Made by a program: the position numbers and the translations under genes. A stretch of 64,000 nt of DNA, from NCBI GenBank assembly GCA_036524115.1, contig DATDCY010000315.1, forward strand, positions 41,917-105,916, given 5' to 3'. Shown in pieces: positions 34,331 through 43,500 of the stretch (position 1 is its first letter; every line of letters starts with the position of its first letter). The notes below the pieces were generated by a model. The model saw nothing but the letters and a program-made list of their open reading frames with translations. It searched no databases and was not told where the DNA came from. The stretch comes from a bacterium. GTDB taxonomy: Bacteria > JAUVQV01 > DATDCY01.

Positions 34331-35581
34331 TCATGCGACCCGCTCGAAGACGACGCACGTGTTGCAGCCCCCGAACCCGAAGGCGTTCTTGAGCACGAAC
34401 GTCTGGTCGACCCGCCGGGCGCCCTCGGCCACGCAGTCGAGCGGCAGCTCCGGGTCGGGCCGATGGTTGATCGTCGGCGGCAGCATGCCCGCGAGCATGC
34501 CCTCGAAGGCGAGGACGGACTCGATCGCGCTGGAGGCGCCCATCGCATGGCCCGTGAGCGACTTGTTCGCGGTCACCGGCGGCAGAGCGTCGCCGAAGAC
34601 CTCCCGCAGCGCGTCGTACTCCACCTTGTCGCCCACGCGCGTCGCCGCGGCGTGCGCGTTGACCGCGTCCACGTCGCCGGGCGCCACCCCGGCCTGGTCC
34701 AGGCTCTCGCGGATGCAGCGGCGCACCGTGTCGAGGTGCGGCGCCACGAAGTGGTGGGCGTCCGACGTCATGCCCCAGCCGGCGACCGCGATCCGGTAGT
34801 CCAGGCCGTGGGCGCGGGCGAACTCCTCGGCGGCGAGGACGACGCACCCGGCCCCCTCCGACACCACGAACCCGCGCCGGTGCGCGCTGAAGGGCCGGCT
34901 GGCGGCCTGCGGCGGCTCCTCGGGCTGCCCCTCCTTCGGGACGTAGGCGCCGTTCATCGTGGCGAAGCCGGCGACGATCGGCTCGACGAGCGCGAAGTCG
35001 GCCGCGCCGCAGAGCACCACGTCCGCCCGGTCCTGCGCCAGCAGCAGCGCGCCCACGGTCATGGAGGTCACGCCCGTGGCGCACGCCGTCACGGTGCTCA
35101 CGATCGGGCCCGTGGCGCCGGTGTGCATCGAGACCTTGCCGCCGACCATGTTGATGCAGGAGTTCGGGTTGACGCAGGGCAGCGGCAGCGTGCCGTCGGC
35201 GACGAGCTTGCGGTCGGCGGCGAGCACGGCGTCCAAGCCGCCCACCGCCGAGCTGTAGGTGATCGCCACGCGCGGCGCCAGTTCCGGCGTGATCCGGAGG
35301 CCGGAGCGGGCGAGGGCGCGCTCGACGGTGACGAGCGCGTACTTGAAGATCGGCGAGGGCCAGCGGGCCTGCTCGCGCGGCTTGAGGAAGTCGTAGGGCA
35401 GGTGGTCGATGTCCGGGGCCTGGCCGGCGATCTTGACGGGGAAGTCGTCGCCGGCCGCAAAGCGGGTCAGCCGCCCGACGCCGCTCTCGCCCCGCAGGGC
35501 GCGCTGCCACTGCCCGTCCAGGTCGAGCCCGAGCGGGGAGATCGCGTCGTAGCCGACGACGACGGGACGCCTGCCGAGCAA
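34331..35581 (-). CDS. Beta-ketoacyl-ACP synthase paralog
   Basis: RPVVVGYDAISPLG, TACATGVTSM, NAHAAATRVGD and TGHAMGASSAIE are present. The probable TTG start lies 9 nt after the upstream rSAM stop. Confidence 0.75.
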   Translation of the reverse strand: MLGRRPVVVGYDAISPLGLDLDGQWQRALRGESGVGRLTRFAAGDDFPVKIAGQAPDIDHLPYDFLKPREQARWPSPIFKYALVTVERALARSGLRITPELAPRVAITYSSAVGGLDAVLAADRKLVADGTLPLPCVNPNSCINMVGGKVSMHTGATGPIVSTVTACATGVTSMTVGALLLAQDRADVVLCGAADFALVEPIVAGFATMNGAYVPKEGQPEEPPQAASRPFSAHRRGFVVSEGAGCVVLAAEEFARAHGLDYRIAVAGWGMTSDAHHFVAPHLDTVRRCIRESLDQAGVAPGDVDAVNAHAAATRVGDKVEYDALREVFGDALPPVTANKSLTGHAMGASSAIESVLAFEGMLAGMLPPTINHRPDPELPLDCVAEGARRVDQTFVLKNAFGFGGCNTCVVFERVA

Positions 35582-35589
35582 CGCGCCCC

Positions 35590-36588
35590 CTACCAGGGCA
35601 GGAACTTGTAGAGCTTGGCGAACATCTCGTAGACCTCGATCCAGTTCTGGAGGTCCCTGGTCGAGGCCATGTGGGCGCGCTTGTTGACCATCACCCAGCT
35701 CATGTGGGCCGCGCCGTCCTTGCACGTGGAGCAGTCGCGCGTCTCCGAGGTGCAGCAGCGGTGCATGGTCTTGAGGTCCGAGGCCCAGCGGATGAAGTTC
35801 GTGAGGTGCTTCGGGGCCGGGTCGCGCTTGTCGAGCGGCTGGGTCACCGACGGGCACTCCATCCAGCCGAACGGCCGGCCGAGCATCATCCCGGTGGTGA
35901 TGACCTCGTGGTAGTACTTGGAGCTGATGACCGTCTCCGGGTAGGCATCGAGCATGGCGTCCATCTCGGCGCGGATGGCGGTCAGCTCCCCGGGCTTCCA
36001 GCTGAAACCCGAGACCCCCTCGTCGTTGGAGAGCAGCTGCATGTGCACCTTGAGGCCTGCGTCGCGGATCTTGCGGATGATGCGCTCGGTCCGGCCGATC
36101 TGCTTGGGCGTGATGGTGAAGAGGTAGTAGGTGTAGGGGTCGCCCTCGTAGTTCTTGCTGGAGATGGCGAAGGTGTCCCTGCCACGCAGCACGCGCTCGT
36201 CCTGCTCGTCGCCCCAGAGGGAGATGCCGACCATCAGGTCCGGGAAGCGGTCGCGGGGCACCTTGATCAGTCCGTTGGACGCGCAGAAGGTGGGGAGCCG
36301 CTTGTAGAACGCCTCCACGCGGTCGAGGCAGAGCGTCGGCTCGCCGCCGATGAGGATGGCGAGGTTCACGCCCCGTTCCATCTCCCGGTCGACGAACGCC
36401 TCCCACTCGGCGACGTCGGTCTCCTCCGGGGCGGCCTTGTGCTCGTTGGACGAGAAGAAGAAGCACCCCTTGCACCGCAGGTTGCAGCGGTTGGTGACGT
36501 CGTAGATGGAGCTGCGGATGTTGAGCCGGGAGATCTTCCGGTAGCGCTCGTGCCAGTGCTCGTCCAGGAGGGAGCTGATTGTCTTCAT
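35590..36588 (-). CDS. Radical SAM enzyme (non-B12), C-terminal Cys cluster
   Basis: CNLRCKGC and ILIGGEPTL are present. The C-terminal cluster is CCTSETRDCSTCKDG. The ORF is 332 aa. Confidence 0.8.
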   Translation of the reverse strand: MKTISSLLDEHWHERYRKISRLNIRSSIYDVTNRCNLRCKGCFFFSSNEHKAAPEETDVAEWEAFVDREMERGVNLAILIGGEPTLCLDRVEAFYKRLPTFCASNGLIKVPRDRFPDLMVGISLWGDEQDERVLRGRDTFAISSKNYEGDPYTYYLFTITPKQIGRTERIIRKIRDAGLKVHMQLLSNDEGVSGFSWKPGELTAIRAEMDAMLDAYPETVISSKYYHEVITTGMMLGRPFGWMECPSVTQPLDKRDPAPKHLTNFIRWASDLKTMHRCCTSETRDCSTCKDGAAHMSWVMVNKRAHMASTRDLQNWIEVYEMFAKLYKFLPW

Positions 36589-36602
36589 CGGGAGTGTTGG
36601 TG

Positions 36603-37652
36603 CTAGTCGAGCCCGAAGCCCGGTGGCGCCGTCATCCTTTCGCAGAGATTCCGGCCCTTAGTATAGTCCACGACCCAGACGGCGAGGTAGGTGTCGACGT
36701 AATCCAGCCAGGAGCGGAAGGTGTCGGGGTCCGTCGCGTGCCGGAAGAGGCGCGCCGTGACCACCGCGCTGCCGGCCGCGTAGTGGCGGCAGTCGGGGCA
36801 GTCGGTGTCGGGGACGCAGCAGGCGGCGTCCCGGTCCCACTCCAGGTCCGTGCGGTACTGGCGAAATGAGCGTCCCAGGCCTAAGTCCGTGGACGGGTTC
36901 CGGCGGGGGTACGAGCAGCCGAACAGGTCGTGCAGCCCCAGCCGGTGGGTGTGGGCCACGGCGTTGTAGGGCGAGAAGAGCACGTGGTCGGGGTGGCGCG
37001 CCAGCAGCTCGGTCATCGTCCGCCGGGTGCGGGCCAGCGACTCGGGCGTGTGACGCAGGCGGCCGCTGTAGCCGACGGGCGCGGAGAACATGTTGAACGT
37101 CACCTTGCAGTCCTCGCGCGCCAGGGTCGCGACCACGTCGCCGGCCTCGTCGATGTTGTGCGGGGTGAAGGTGTAGACGAAGACGGCGCGGGAGTCGCCC
37201 TTGTAGTTCTCGATCTGGCGGGCGAGCATGTGCCTGGCGCCGCGGATGCGCGCGCTGGTCTCGTCGTTGCCCCAGACCGAGACGTGGATCCGGTAGCCCA
37301 CGGCGCGGGGGATGTGCATGATGCCGTTCGAGGCGATGGCGCCCAGCGGCATCTCCTCGTGGCACACCCGGAGCAGTTCGGGCACGAGGGAGGGCTCGGC
37401 GCCGGCGAGCACCACGTAGGTGATGCCGCGGTCGCGCTCGGCGCGCATGAGGGCGCGCCACGCGTCGGGGTCGCCGTGCTCCGCCGCGTGCTGCTTGTCC
37501 CCCTCGAAGTAGTAGCAGCCCTCGCAGCGGATGTTGCAGCGGCGGGTCATGTCGTAGGTGGACTCGCGGAGGAAGAAATAGCGCCGCACGCGCTCCCACC
37601 GGGCCCTGACCTCCGGTTCCGCGGTCAGGGCCGCGAACGTCCACTCCGCCAT
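36603..37652 (-). CDS. Radical SAM enzyme, paralog of 35590..36588
   Basis: CNIRCEGC and VLAGAEPSL are present. The C-terminal cluster is CCVPDTDCPDCRHY. The start MAEWTF lies 8 nt after the upstream ACP stop. Confidence 0.8.
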   Translation of the reverse strand: MAEWTFAALTAEPEVRARWERVRRYFFLRESTYDMTRRCNIRCEGCYYFEGDKQHAAEHGDPDAWRALMRAERDRGITYVVLAGAEPSLVPELLRVCHEEMPLGAIASNGIMHIPRAVGYRIHVSVWGNDETSARIRGARHMLARQIENYKGDSRAVFVYTFTPHNIDEAGDVVATLAREDCKVTFNMFSAPVGYSGRLRHTPESLARTRRTMTELLARHPDHVLFSPYNAVAHTHRLGLHDLFGCSYPRRNPSTDLGLGRSFRQYRTDLEWDRDAACCVPDTDCPDCRHYAAGSAVVTARLFRHATDPDTFRSWLDYVDTYLAVWVVDYTKGRNLCERMTAPPGFGLD

Positions 37653-37660
37653 CGTGCGGG

Positions 37661-37933
37661 CTAGGCCCCGGCCGCCAGCTTGCCGTGGATGTACTGGGAG
37701 ATCAGGCGCAGGGTCTTGAGCTTCGGGTAGTCGTCCTCGTCGATGCGTACGCGGTACTGGTCGCGCAGCACCAGCGCCACGGTCGCCAGGTCCATGCTGT
37801 CGACGCCCACCTCGTCCACGAGGTCCAGGTCGGGGTCGAAGGTCTCGGGAGTTACGTCCTCGAGCTTCAGCTCCCTGATCATGATCCCGGCGATGTTGAG
37901 GATCAACTGGTCCAGTTCCATTGCTACAGCCAT
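37661..37933 (-). CDS. Acyl carrier protein-like
   Basis: VDEVGVDSMDLATVAL carries the Ser context. The ATG at 37933 is preceded by a GGGGGGG Shine-Dalgarno-like run. Confidence 0.6.
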   Translation of the reverse strand: MAVAMELDQLILNIAGIMIRELKLEDVTPETFDPDLDLVDEVGVDSMDLATVALVLRDQYRVRIDEDDYPKLKTLRLISQYIHGKLAAGA

Positions 37934-38023
37934 ATCCCCCCCGTCTTCCTGTCTGCTTCCGTCGGCACCCTGCGCCGGAACGCCCCCCCCGGGCCGTTCG
38001 TCCGCCACGCAGCCGTCGTCGCG

Positions 38024-38404
38024 CTAACGCTCCACGCTCTTGACCACCATCGTCCCGCTGCACACCGGCGTCTCCCCCCTGGTGATCCGGAAGGCGTACG
38101 CCCCGTCGCGGCCGGGGCGCGGCTCGGCCGACACCTGCAGCTGCTCGCCCGGCAGGATCATCTGCTTGAAGCGGACGCGGCTGACTTCCGCCACCCGCGC
38201 GGGCAGGCCCAGGGCGGACTGGATTAGATCGGCGACCATCGCCAGCTGCGCGATTCCCGGCAGCACCGGCTGACCGGGAAAATGGCCGTCAAACCAGGGA
38301 GAATCAGCGGGGACCCACACGTCAACCATTAGAGCGCAATCGCCTCGTCGTATGTCGGCTGCCTTGTACCACAGAGGATTTGTTCCTGCAAATTGTTCGC
38401 TCAT
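38024..38404 (-). CDS. Hotdog-fold 3-hydroxyacyl-ACP dehydratase (FabZ/APE-type)
   Basis: PWFDGHFPGQPVLPGIAQLAMVADL is present. The ORF is 126 aa. Confidence 0.75.
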   Translation of the reverse strand: MSEQFAGTNPLWYKAADIRRGDCALMVDVWVPADSPWFDGHFPGQPVLPGIAQLAMVADLIQSALGLPARVAEVSRVRFKQMILPGEQLQVSAEPRPGRDGAYAFRITRGETPVCSGTMVVKSVER

Positions 38405-38503
38405 CGCCGATATCCGCGTGCGCGGATCGAAGGCGCCGGCCTGTCACCGCGCGTCAAACCTGTCATCGCGTCCCCATTGTACCGCCGTACGCGCAGATCG
38501 TGG

Positions 38504-39868
38504 TCATCGCACGAGGTGCTCCCACAGGGGGCCGGACCGGCCGCGCTGGTGCATACGCTGGAGGATGGCCGTCGCGGCGTCCCCGCCGGAGGCCTCGACC
38601 CAGTTGTCCCGCCCCCGGGCCCGCTTGGCCAGGGCCTGCGCGATCGCGGGAAGGGTGATCCCCGCCGGCTGGTAGAACACCGGTTCCACGATGTTCGCTC
38701 CGGCGGCGATCTGCCCCTCCCGCACGGCCAGTTCGTGCAGGGGCGTGTTCGGGTAGATGCGCATGCCGCCGAAGAGGAAGAGAACGGTCCTCTCGAGCGT
38801 CTCGATCTGCGCCAGGGTGTCGGCGAACGTCTCCTCCGTCTCACCGGGGCCGCCGAAGAGGAGGTAGTGGGCCACGTGCAGGCCGGCGGCCCGCGCGGCG
38901 CGGTGGGCGGCCAGCACCTCGCTGCGGCGGAAGGGCTTGCCGTAGGCCTTCAGGACGCCGTCCGTCAGGGACTCCGTGCCGAATTCCACGTGCCTGAGCC
39001 CGCAGGCGGCCATGGTCTCGAAGTAGCCCTCCGGCAGGGCGACGGGCGCGAAGAAGCCGCCCCAGGGGATCGTGAGGCCGTGCTCCCGGAAGGCGCGGGC
39101 GACCTCCAGGCTGTGTCCCACGTCGGCGTTGAACGCCGAGTCGGTGATGAAGAGGTACCGGGCCCCCGCCTCCTGGAGCCGCAGGGCGGTGGCCGCCACC
39201 TCGTCGACCGGCGCGTGGCGCAGGCGCCGGCCCTCGATGCGCGGGTAGGTGCAGTAGACGCAGCGGAACGGGCAGCCGCGCTTGGTCTGGAGATTGAGCA
39301 TGCCGCCGTTGCGCAGGTAGAAGTCCACGTGCCCGGCCCGCGCGTCGAAGCGGCGCCTGACGGACTGCGGCCAGGGCTCCGGCGCGGGCAGCGGCGGCCC
39401 CGCGTCCGCCCCGCTCCGGGTCACGACGCCCGGCAGGCCGGCCGGGTCCAGCCCCGCGGCCAGCGCCTCGAGCAGCGCTTCGAGCCGCTCGCCCTCGCCG
39501 ACTATTCCGTAGTCGGCCTCCAGCAGTTCCATGGCTTCGCCCGGGAAGATCGTGAAGCCGCTGCCCCCCAGCACGATCGGCGCCCCGCTGCAGCGGCGGA
39601 CGCGAAGGGCGAGCTGGCGATAGTCCCCCATGTAGCTGCGGGGGGCGCGGCTGTCGGTGTTGTCTGCGTTGCGGAGCGAGAGCCCGATGACTTCGGGGCT
39701 CCATTCGGCGACGGCGCGCTCCAGCGCCTGGTCCTCGCCCAGACAGTTGAGGTCCAGGCAGCGCACCTCGTGCCGCGCGGAGATGGACCCCGCCACGTAG
39801 TCGAGGCCCAGCGGGTAGACCGGGAACGGCTCGCGCACGGTGTTGACGGAGAGCAGGAGCACTCTCAT
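38504..39868 (-). CDS. B12-binding (class B) radical SAM enzyme
   Basis: An N-terminal B12-binding-like Rossmann segment is present (MRVLLLSVN...VIGLS). The rSAM cluster is RGCPFRCVYCTYP. The ORF is 454 aa. Confidence 0.85.
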   Translation of the reverse strand: MRVLLLSVNTVREPFPVYPLGLDYVAGSISARHEVRCLDLNCLGEDQALERAVAEWSPEVIGLSLRNADNTDSRAPRSYMGDYRQLALRVRRCSGAPIVLGGSGFTIFPGEAMELLEADYGIVGEGERLEALLEALAAGLDPAGLPGVVTRSGADAGPPLPAPEPWPQSVRRRFDARAGHVDFYLRNGGMLNLQTKRGCPFRCVYCTYPRIEGRRLRHAPVDEVAATALRLQEAGARYLFITDSAFNADVGHSLEVARAFREHGLTIPWGGFFAPVALPEGYFETMAACGLRHVEFGTESLTDGVLKAYGKPFRRSEVLAAHRAARAAGLHVAHYLLFGGPGETEETFADTLAQIETLERTVLFLFGGMRIYPNTPLHELAVREGQIAAGANIVEPVFYQPAGITLPAIAQALAKRARGRDNWVEASGGDAATAILQRMHQRGRSGPLWEHLVR

Positions 39869-42027
39869 CGCGGCCCGACCATCACGGCGGAGGAGGAGAG
39901 GCCGAGGCCCAGCAGCAGGACGCCCCGGCCGCCGAGGGGGACATCGACCCCGCCGGCGAGGGCGGCCGGGACGAGCTGGTCCCGGACCATCCGGTGCGCG
40001 AGGACCGCCGCAACCGCCGAGGCCGCGCCGAACTGACCGATGGCGCGGCGATAGTCGATCACGGGCCTATCGAAGCCGCTGGCCGCCACGAAGGCCGCCA
40101 GGTCGCGGGAGGCCGCCTCGGCGTGCCCGGCGGGGATGCCGGCGAGGATGGCGCCGACGGTGTTGCGGACGTTCCCGGCCCCACCCGCGGCCTCGAGCAG
40201 CGCCTGCATCGCGTCCGCCCCCGAATCGCCGCGATACGCCAGGAGGGCGACCGTGGGCTCGTCGCCGCGCGCCCGCCGCAGCAGCAGCGCCCCGCCCCCG
40301 TCGGCCGGCGGGGTGCCGCGCACCGAGTCGTCGAACAGCGGCGCCAGCGACGGATGGCCCTCGTCGACGCCGAGCACGAGGACCGCCTGGCCGGGGTCGC
40401 CCGCCAGCAGATCGGCCGCCAGCAGCGCCTGCTCGAAGGAGGCGTCGCCGCCCGTGGTCGTGACGTTGGCCCCCCGGGCGCCGAGGTGCATCGCGATCTG
40501 GCCGGCTGGCGCGTTGTGCACCGAGCCGACGAAGTCCGTGGGGGAGGGGAACCGCTGCCGCGTCTCGAAGAGCCGGCGCAGGAAGTCGTGCGTCTCCGAG
40601 AGCGCGCCCCAGGCCGTGCCGAGGCAGACGGCCATGGGCCCGGCGCCGGCGGGCGCGCCGTGACAGGCCTCGGTCGCCAGGGCCAGGGCCAGCCGCGACA
40701 GACGCTTGAGTCGACGGACGACGCGCGACGGCAGCTCCCCGCAGATCGCCTGCTCGTCGAGGCAGCCGGCGCAACTGCCGCCCGCCGCGAAGCGCTCCCA
40801 GGTGGCGCGCGTGCCGCCGGCCCCGGTCAGGCAGGCGGCGGCAGCGATTGCCAGTGCGGGCGGACGCGGTGGCATCGCGCGAGCGGTCCCGGGCCGGGCC
40901 CTGCCGATCACCAGCGCCGCGTTGTTCCCGCCGAACCCGAAGGAGTTGGAGAGCACGGTGCCGATGCTCCGCCGGACAGGCGCCGTCACCGGGTCCAGCT
41001 TCAGCTGCGGATCGACGTTCTCCAGTCCCGCGTTGGCCGGTGCGAAGCCCTCGTTCACGGCCAGGGCCGAGACCACGGCTTCTATCGCGCCCGCCGCGGC
41101 CAGACTGTGTCCGGTCGCCCCCTTGATCGAGGAGAGAGCGGGCGGGTGATCCCCGAAAAGCGAGACGACGGCCCGCGCCTCGGCCAGGTCGTTGTCCTCG
41201 GTGCCGGTGCCGTGGAGATTGATGTAGTCGATTTCCTCGGGCGCCACGCCGGCGTCGGCGAGGGCGGCCCGCATCGCGGCGATCGCCCCCAGGCCCTCGG
41301 GGTGGGGCGCCGCCGGGTGGTGGGCGTCGCACGACAGGCCGGCCCCCAGTAGCTGCGCGCCCCCGCCGGCGGGCGGATCGCTCGTGAGCAGGAGCAGGGC
41401 CGCGCCCTCCGCCACCGACATGCCGTGCCGGTCGCGGTCGAGCGGGCGGCTGCCCCGCGGGTCGATGAGCTGGAGGGAGTGGAATCCGAAGTAGGTCAGG
41501 CGGCAGAGGCTGTCGGCGCCGCCGGCCAGCACCCGCCGCGCCAGCCCGCGGCGCAGCATGGCCATCGCGAGGGCGATCGCCACGGCGCCCGACGAGCAGG
41601 CGGTGGAGACGGTGATGAGCGGGCCGCGGCAGCCGCAGCGCCGGGCAAGCAGCTCGGCCACGGTGCCGGCGCCGTGATGGCGGTAGGCGGCCGGGTCCTC
41701 GCAGCCGCCTTCCAGCAGCGTCTCGGTGCGCAGGATGCCGCCGGTCGTCGTGCCCAGGACGATGGCGTCGACCGGGCCCGGGGCGCCGGCCAGGGCCTGG
41801 TCCGCGGCAAGGCAGGCCAGACGGTGTGTGCGGGGGAGGCGTTCGCCTTCGTCCTCCGCGAGGTCCACCGCCCCGACGGGCAGGTCGTTCCCGGATTCGA
41901 TGGGGAAGATTCGCAGCGGCCCCAGCCCGCGTCGTGCTTCGAGCAGGGCCGACAGCGTCTGGTCCGTGCCGCTCCCGAGGGCGCCGATCACCCCCATCCC
42001 GGCGATGGAGACCGGGCCACCGCTCAA
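39865..42027 (-). CDS. Ketosynthase fused to a Cys-less KS-like (chain-length-factor-like) domain
   Basis: The N-terminal half has VSIAGMGVIGALG, TACSSGAVAIA, NLHGTGTEDND and GATGHSLAAAGAIE. The C-terminal half has KS-like LAIAAAACLTGAG...RRLKRLSRLALALATEA but no active-site Cys (VHNAPAGQIAM). No stop lies between the halves in this frame. The TTG start overlaps the ACP stop (TTGA). Confidence 0.65.
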   Translation of the reverse strand: MSGGPVSIAGMGVIGALGSGTDQTLSALLEARRGLGPLRIFPIESGNDLPVGAVDLAEDEGERLPRTHRLACLAADQALAGAPGPVDAIVLGTTTGGILRTETLLEGGCEDPAAYRHHGAGTVAELLARRCGCRGPLITVSTACSSGAVAIALAMAMLRRGLARRVLAGGADSLCRLTYFGFHSLQLIDPRGSRPLDRDRHGMSVAEGAALLLLTSDPPAGGGAQLLGAGLSCDAHHPAAPHPEGLGAIAAMRAALADAGVAPEEIDYINLHGTGTEDNDLAEARAVVSLFGDHPPALSSIKGATGHSLAAAGAIEAVVSALAVNEGFAPANAGLENVDPQLKLDPVTAPVRRSIGTVLSNSFGFGGNNAALVIGRARPGTARAMPPRPPALAIAAAACLTGAGGTRATWERFAAGGSCAGCLDEQAICGELPSRVVRRLKRLSRLALALATEACHGAPAGAGPMAVCLGTAWGALSETHDFLRRLFETRQRFPSPTDFVGSVHNAPAGQIAMHLGARGANVTTTGGDASFEQALLAADLLAGDPGQAVLVLGVDEGHPSLAPLFDDSVRGTPPADGGGALLLRRARGDEPTVALLAYRGDSGADAMQALLEAAGGAGNVRNTVGAILAGIPAGHAEAASRDLAAFVAASGFDRPVIDYRRAIGQFGAASAVAAVLAHRMVRDQLVPAALAGGVDVPLGGRGVLLLGLGLSSSAVMVGPR

Positions 42028-42299
42028 CTGGTGAGCCTCGGGGACTTCTCCTGGATGTAGCTGGCGAGCGTCCGCAGGGAGGCGAAGACCCTGGCGCCCA
42101 GCTCCTTGTTGTCGATGACGACCCCGTAGTCCCGCTCGATCATGACGACCATTTCCAGGGTGTCGATGGAGTCGATCCCCAGGTCGCCGCCGACGAGCCG
42201 GCCGTCCAGGGGGATGTCGGCGGGGGTGACGTCCGGGAGGTTGAGGATCTGAACGATCTTGACCCGCAGCGCTTCGATCAGCGTGTCCATGTCCTCCAC
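42024..42299 (-). CDS. Acyl carrier protein
   Basis: GGDLGIDSIDTLEMVVMIERDYG is present. The ORF is 91 aa. Confidence 0.8.
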   Translation of the reverse strand: MEDMDTLIEALRVKIVQILNLPDVTPADIPLDGRLVGGDLGIDSIDTLEMVVMIERDYGVVIDNKELGARVFASLRTLASYIQEKSPRLTS

Positions 42300-42316
42300 A
42301 TGATATCATCTTTCCC

Positions 42317-42766
42317 ATGGGCGCCGAGGGGACGCAGGGCGGTCCGAACGTGGACCTCGAGACGCTCGTACCCCATCGCGGCCGCATGCTGCTGCTCTCG
42401 GAGATCGTCTCGTTCGATACGGACGAGGCCACCTGCCGCGCCGTCGTGCGCGAGGGCTGGCCGCTGACCGGGGAAGGCGGCGCCGACCCGCTGGTGCTCA
42501 TCGAGCTGGTTGCCCAGACGGCGGCGGTCAACAACGGCTGGAACATCATCCAGACGCAGGAGCCGGGGCGGCACCACCGCGGCTGGATCGCGGGCATCAA
42601 GAGCGCCCGGCTGGGGGTCGACCGCATCGCCCTCGGCACGGCGCTGACGACCCGGGCGCGGAACCAGTTCGCCTACGAGGAGTTCCGCGAGATCGAGGGC
42701 ACGGTCAGCATCGGCGCGGAGGTCGTGGCCGAGGTGACGCTGCAACTCGTGCAGGCGGCGCCGTGA
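42317..42766 (+). CDS. Hotdog-fold dehydratase (FabA/FabZ-like, APE-type)
   Basis: LVPHRGRMLLLSEIVSFD...LIELVAQTAAV is present. The ORF is 149 aa. Confidence 0.7.
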   Translation: MGAEGTQGGPNVDLETLVPHRGRMLLLSEIVSFDTDEATCRAVVREGWPLTGEGGADPLVLIELVAQTAAVNNGWNIIQTQEPGRHHRGWIAGIKSARLGVDRIALGTALTTRARNQFAYEEFREIEGTVSIGAEVVAEVTLQLVQAAP

Positions 42767-43500
42767 CGGACGCTCCCGCATCGCCGGCCGCGCTCGTCAC
42801 GGGCGGCAGCAAGGGCATCGGGCGCGCCATCTGCGTGGAGCTGGCCCGCGTCGGCTACGAGGTGATCGTCAACTACCACTCCGACGCCGACGGCGCCCGC
42901 GAGACCGTCGCCCAGATCGAGGCCGTGGGCGGCAAGGGCAGCTGCGCCGGCTTCGACGTCGCCGACGCCGAGGCGACCGGCCGGGCCATGGAGGAGATCT
43001 TCGCGGCCCACCCCGCGGTGGACGTGCTCGTCAACAACGCCGGCCGCGTCGCGGACGAACTGTTCGTCATGATGAAGCCGGAGGCCTGGCGCAGCGTGAT
43101 TGACGTCACCCTCCAGGGCTTCTACAACGTGACGAAACCGGTGCTGGAGAAGATGGTTGTGCACCGCAGGGGCGCGATCGTCTCGATCGCCTCGGTCTCG
43201 GGCCTCATGGGCAACCGCGGGCAGGCCAACTACGCCGCCGCCAAGGCCGGCCTCATCGGCGCCAGCCGCTCCGTGGCCGCCGAGGTCGCGCGCCTGGGCA
43301 TCCGCGTCAACGTCGTGGCACCCGGCCTGATCCAGACCGCGATGATCCAGGAGGCGCCGGTGCAGAAGATCAAGGGCCTCATCCCGATGGCCCGCGTGGG
43401 GACGCCCGAGGAGGTGGCGCGGGTGGTGCGGTTCCTCTGCTCCGAGGACGCCAGCTACGTCACCGGCCAGGTTCTGTCGGTGAACGGGGGGATGTTCTGA
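42763..43500 (+). CDS. fabG: 3-oxoacyl-ACP reductase (SDR, FabG-like)
   Basis: TGGSKGIGRAI...NNAG...YAAAKAG...PGLIQTAM is present. The GTG start overlaps the upstream stop (GTGA). Confidence 0.9.
   Translation: MTDAPASPAALVTGGSKGIGRAICVELARVGYEVIVNYHSDADGARETVAQIEAVGGKGSCAGFDVADAEATGRAMEEIFAAHPAVDVLVNNAGRVADELFVMMKPEAWRSVIDVTLQGFYNVTKPVLEKMVVHRRGAIVSIASVSGLMGNRGQANYAAAKAGLIGASRSVAAEVARLGIRVNVVAPGLIQTAMIQEAPVQKIKGLIPMARVGTPEEVARVVRFLCSEDASYVTGQVLSVNGGMF

Noticed and set aside
38393-41352. Plus-strand ORFs 38393..40036, 39840..40463 and 39994..41352 across the B12-rSAM and KS-CLF genes
   Set aside because: They are antisense to genes with the CxxxCxxC cluster and the KS catalytic triads. They are extremely Arg/Gly/Pro-rich.
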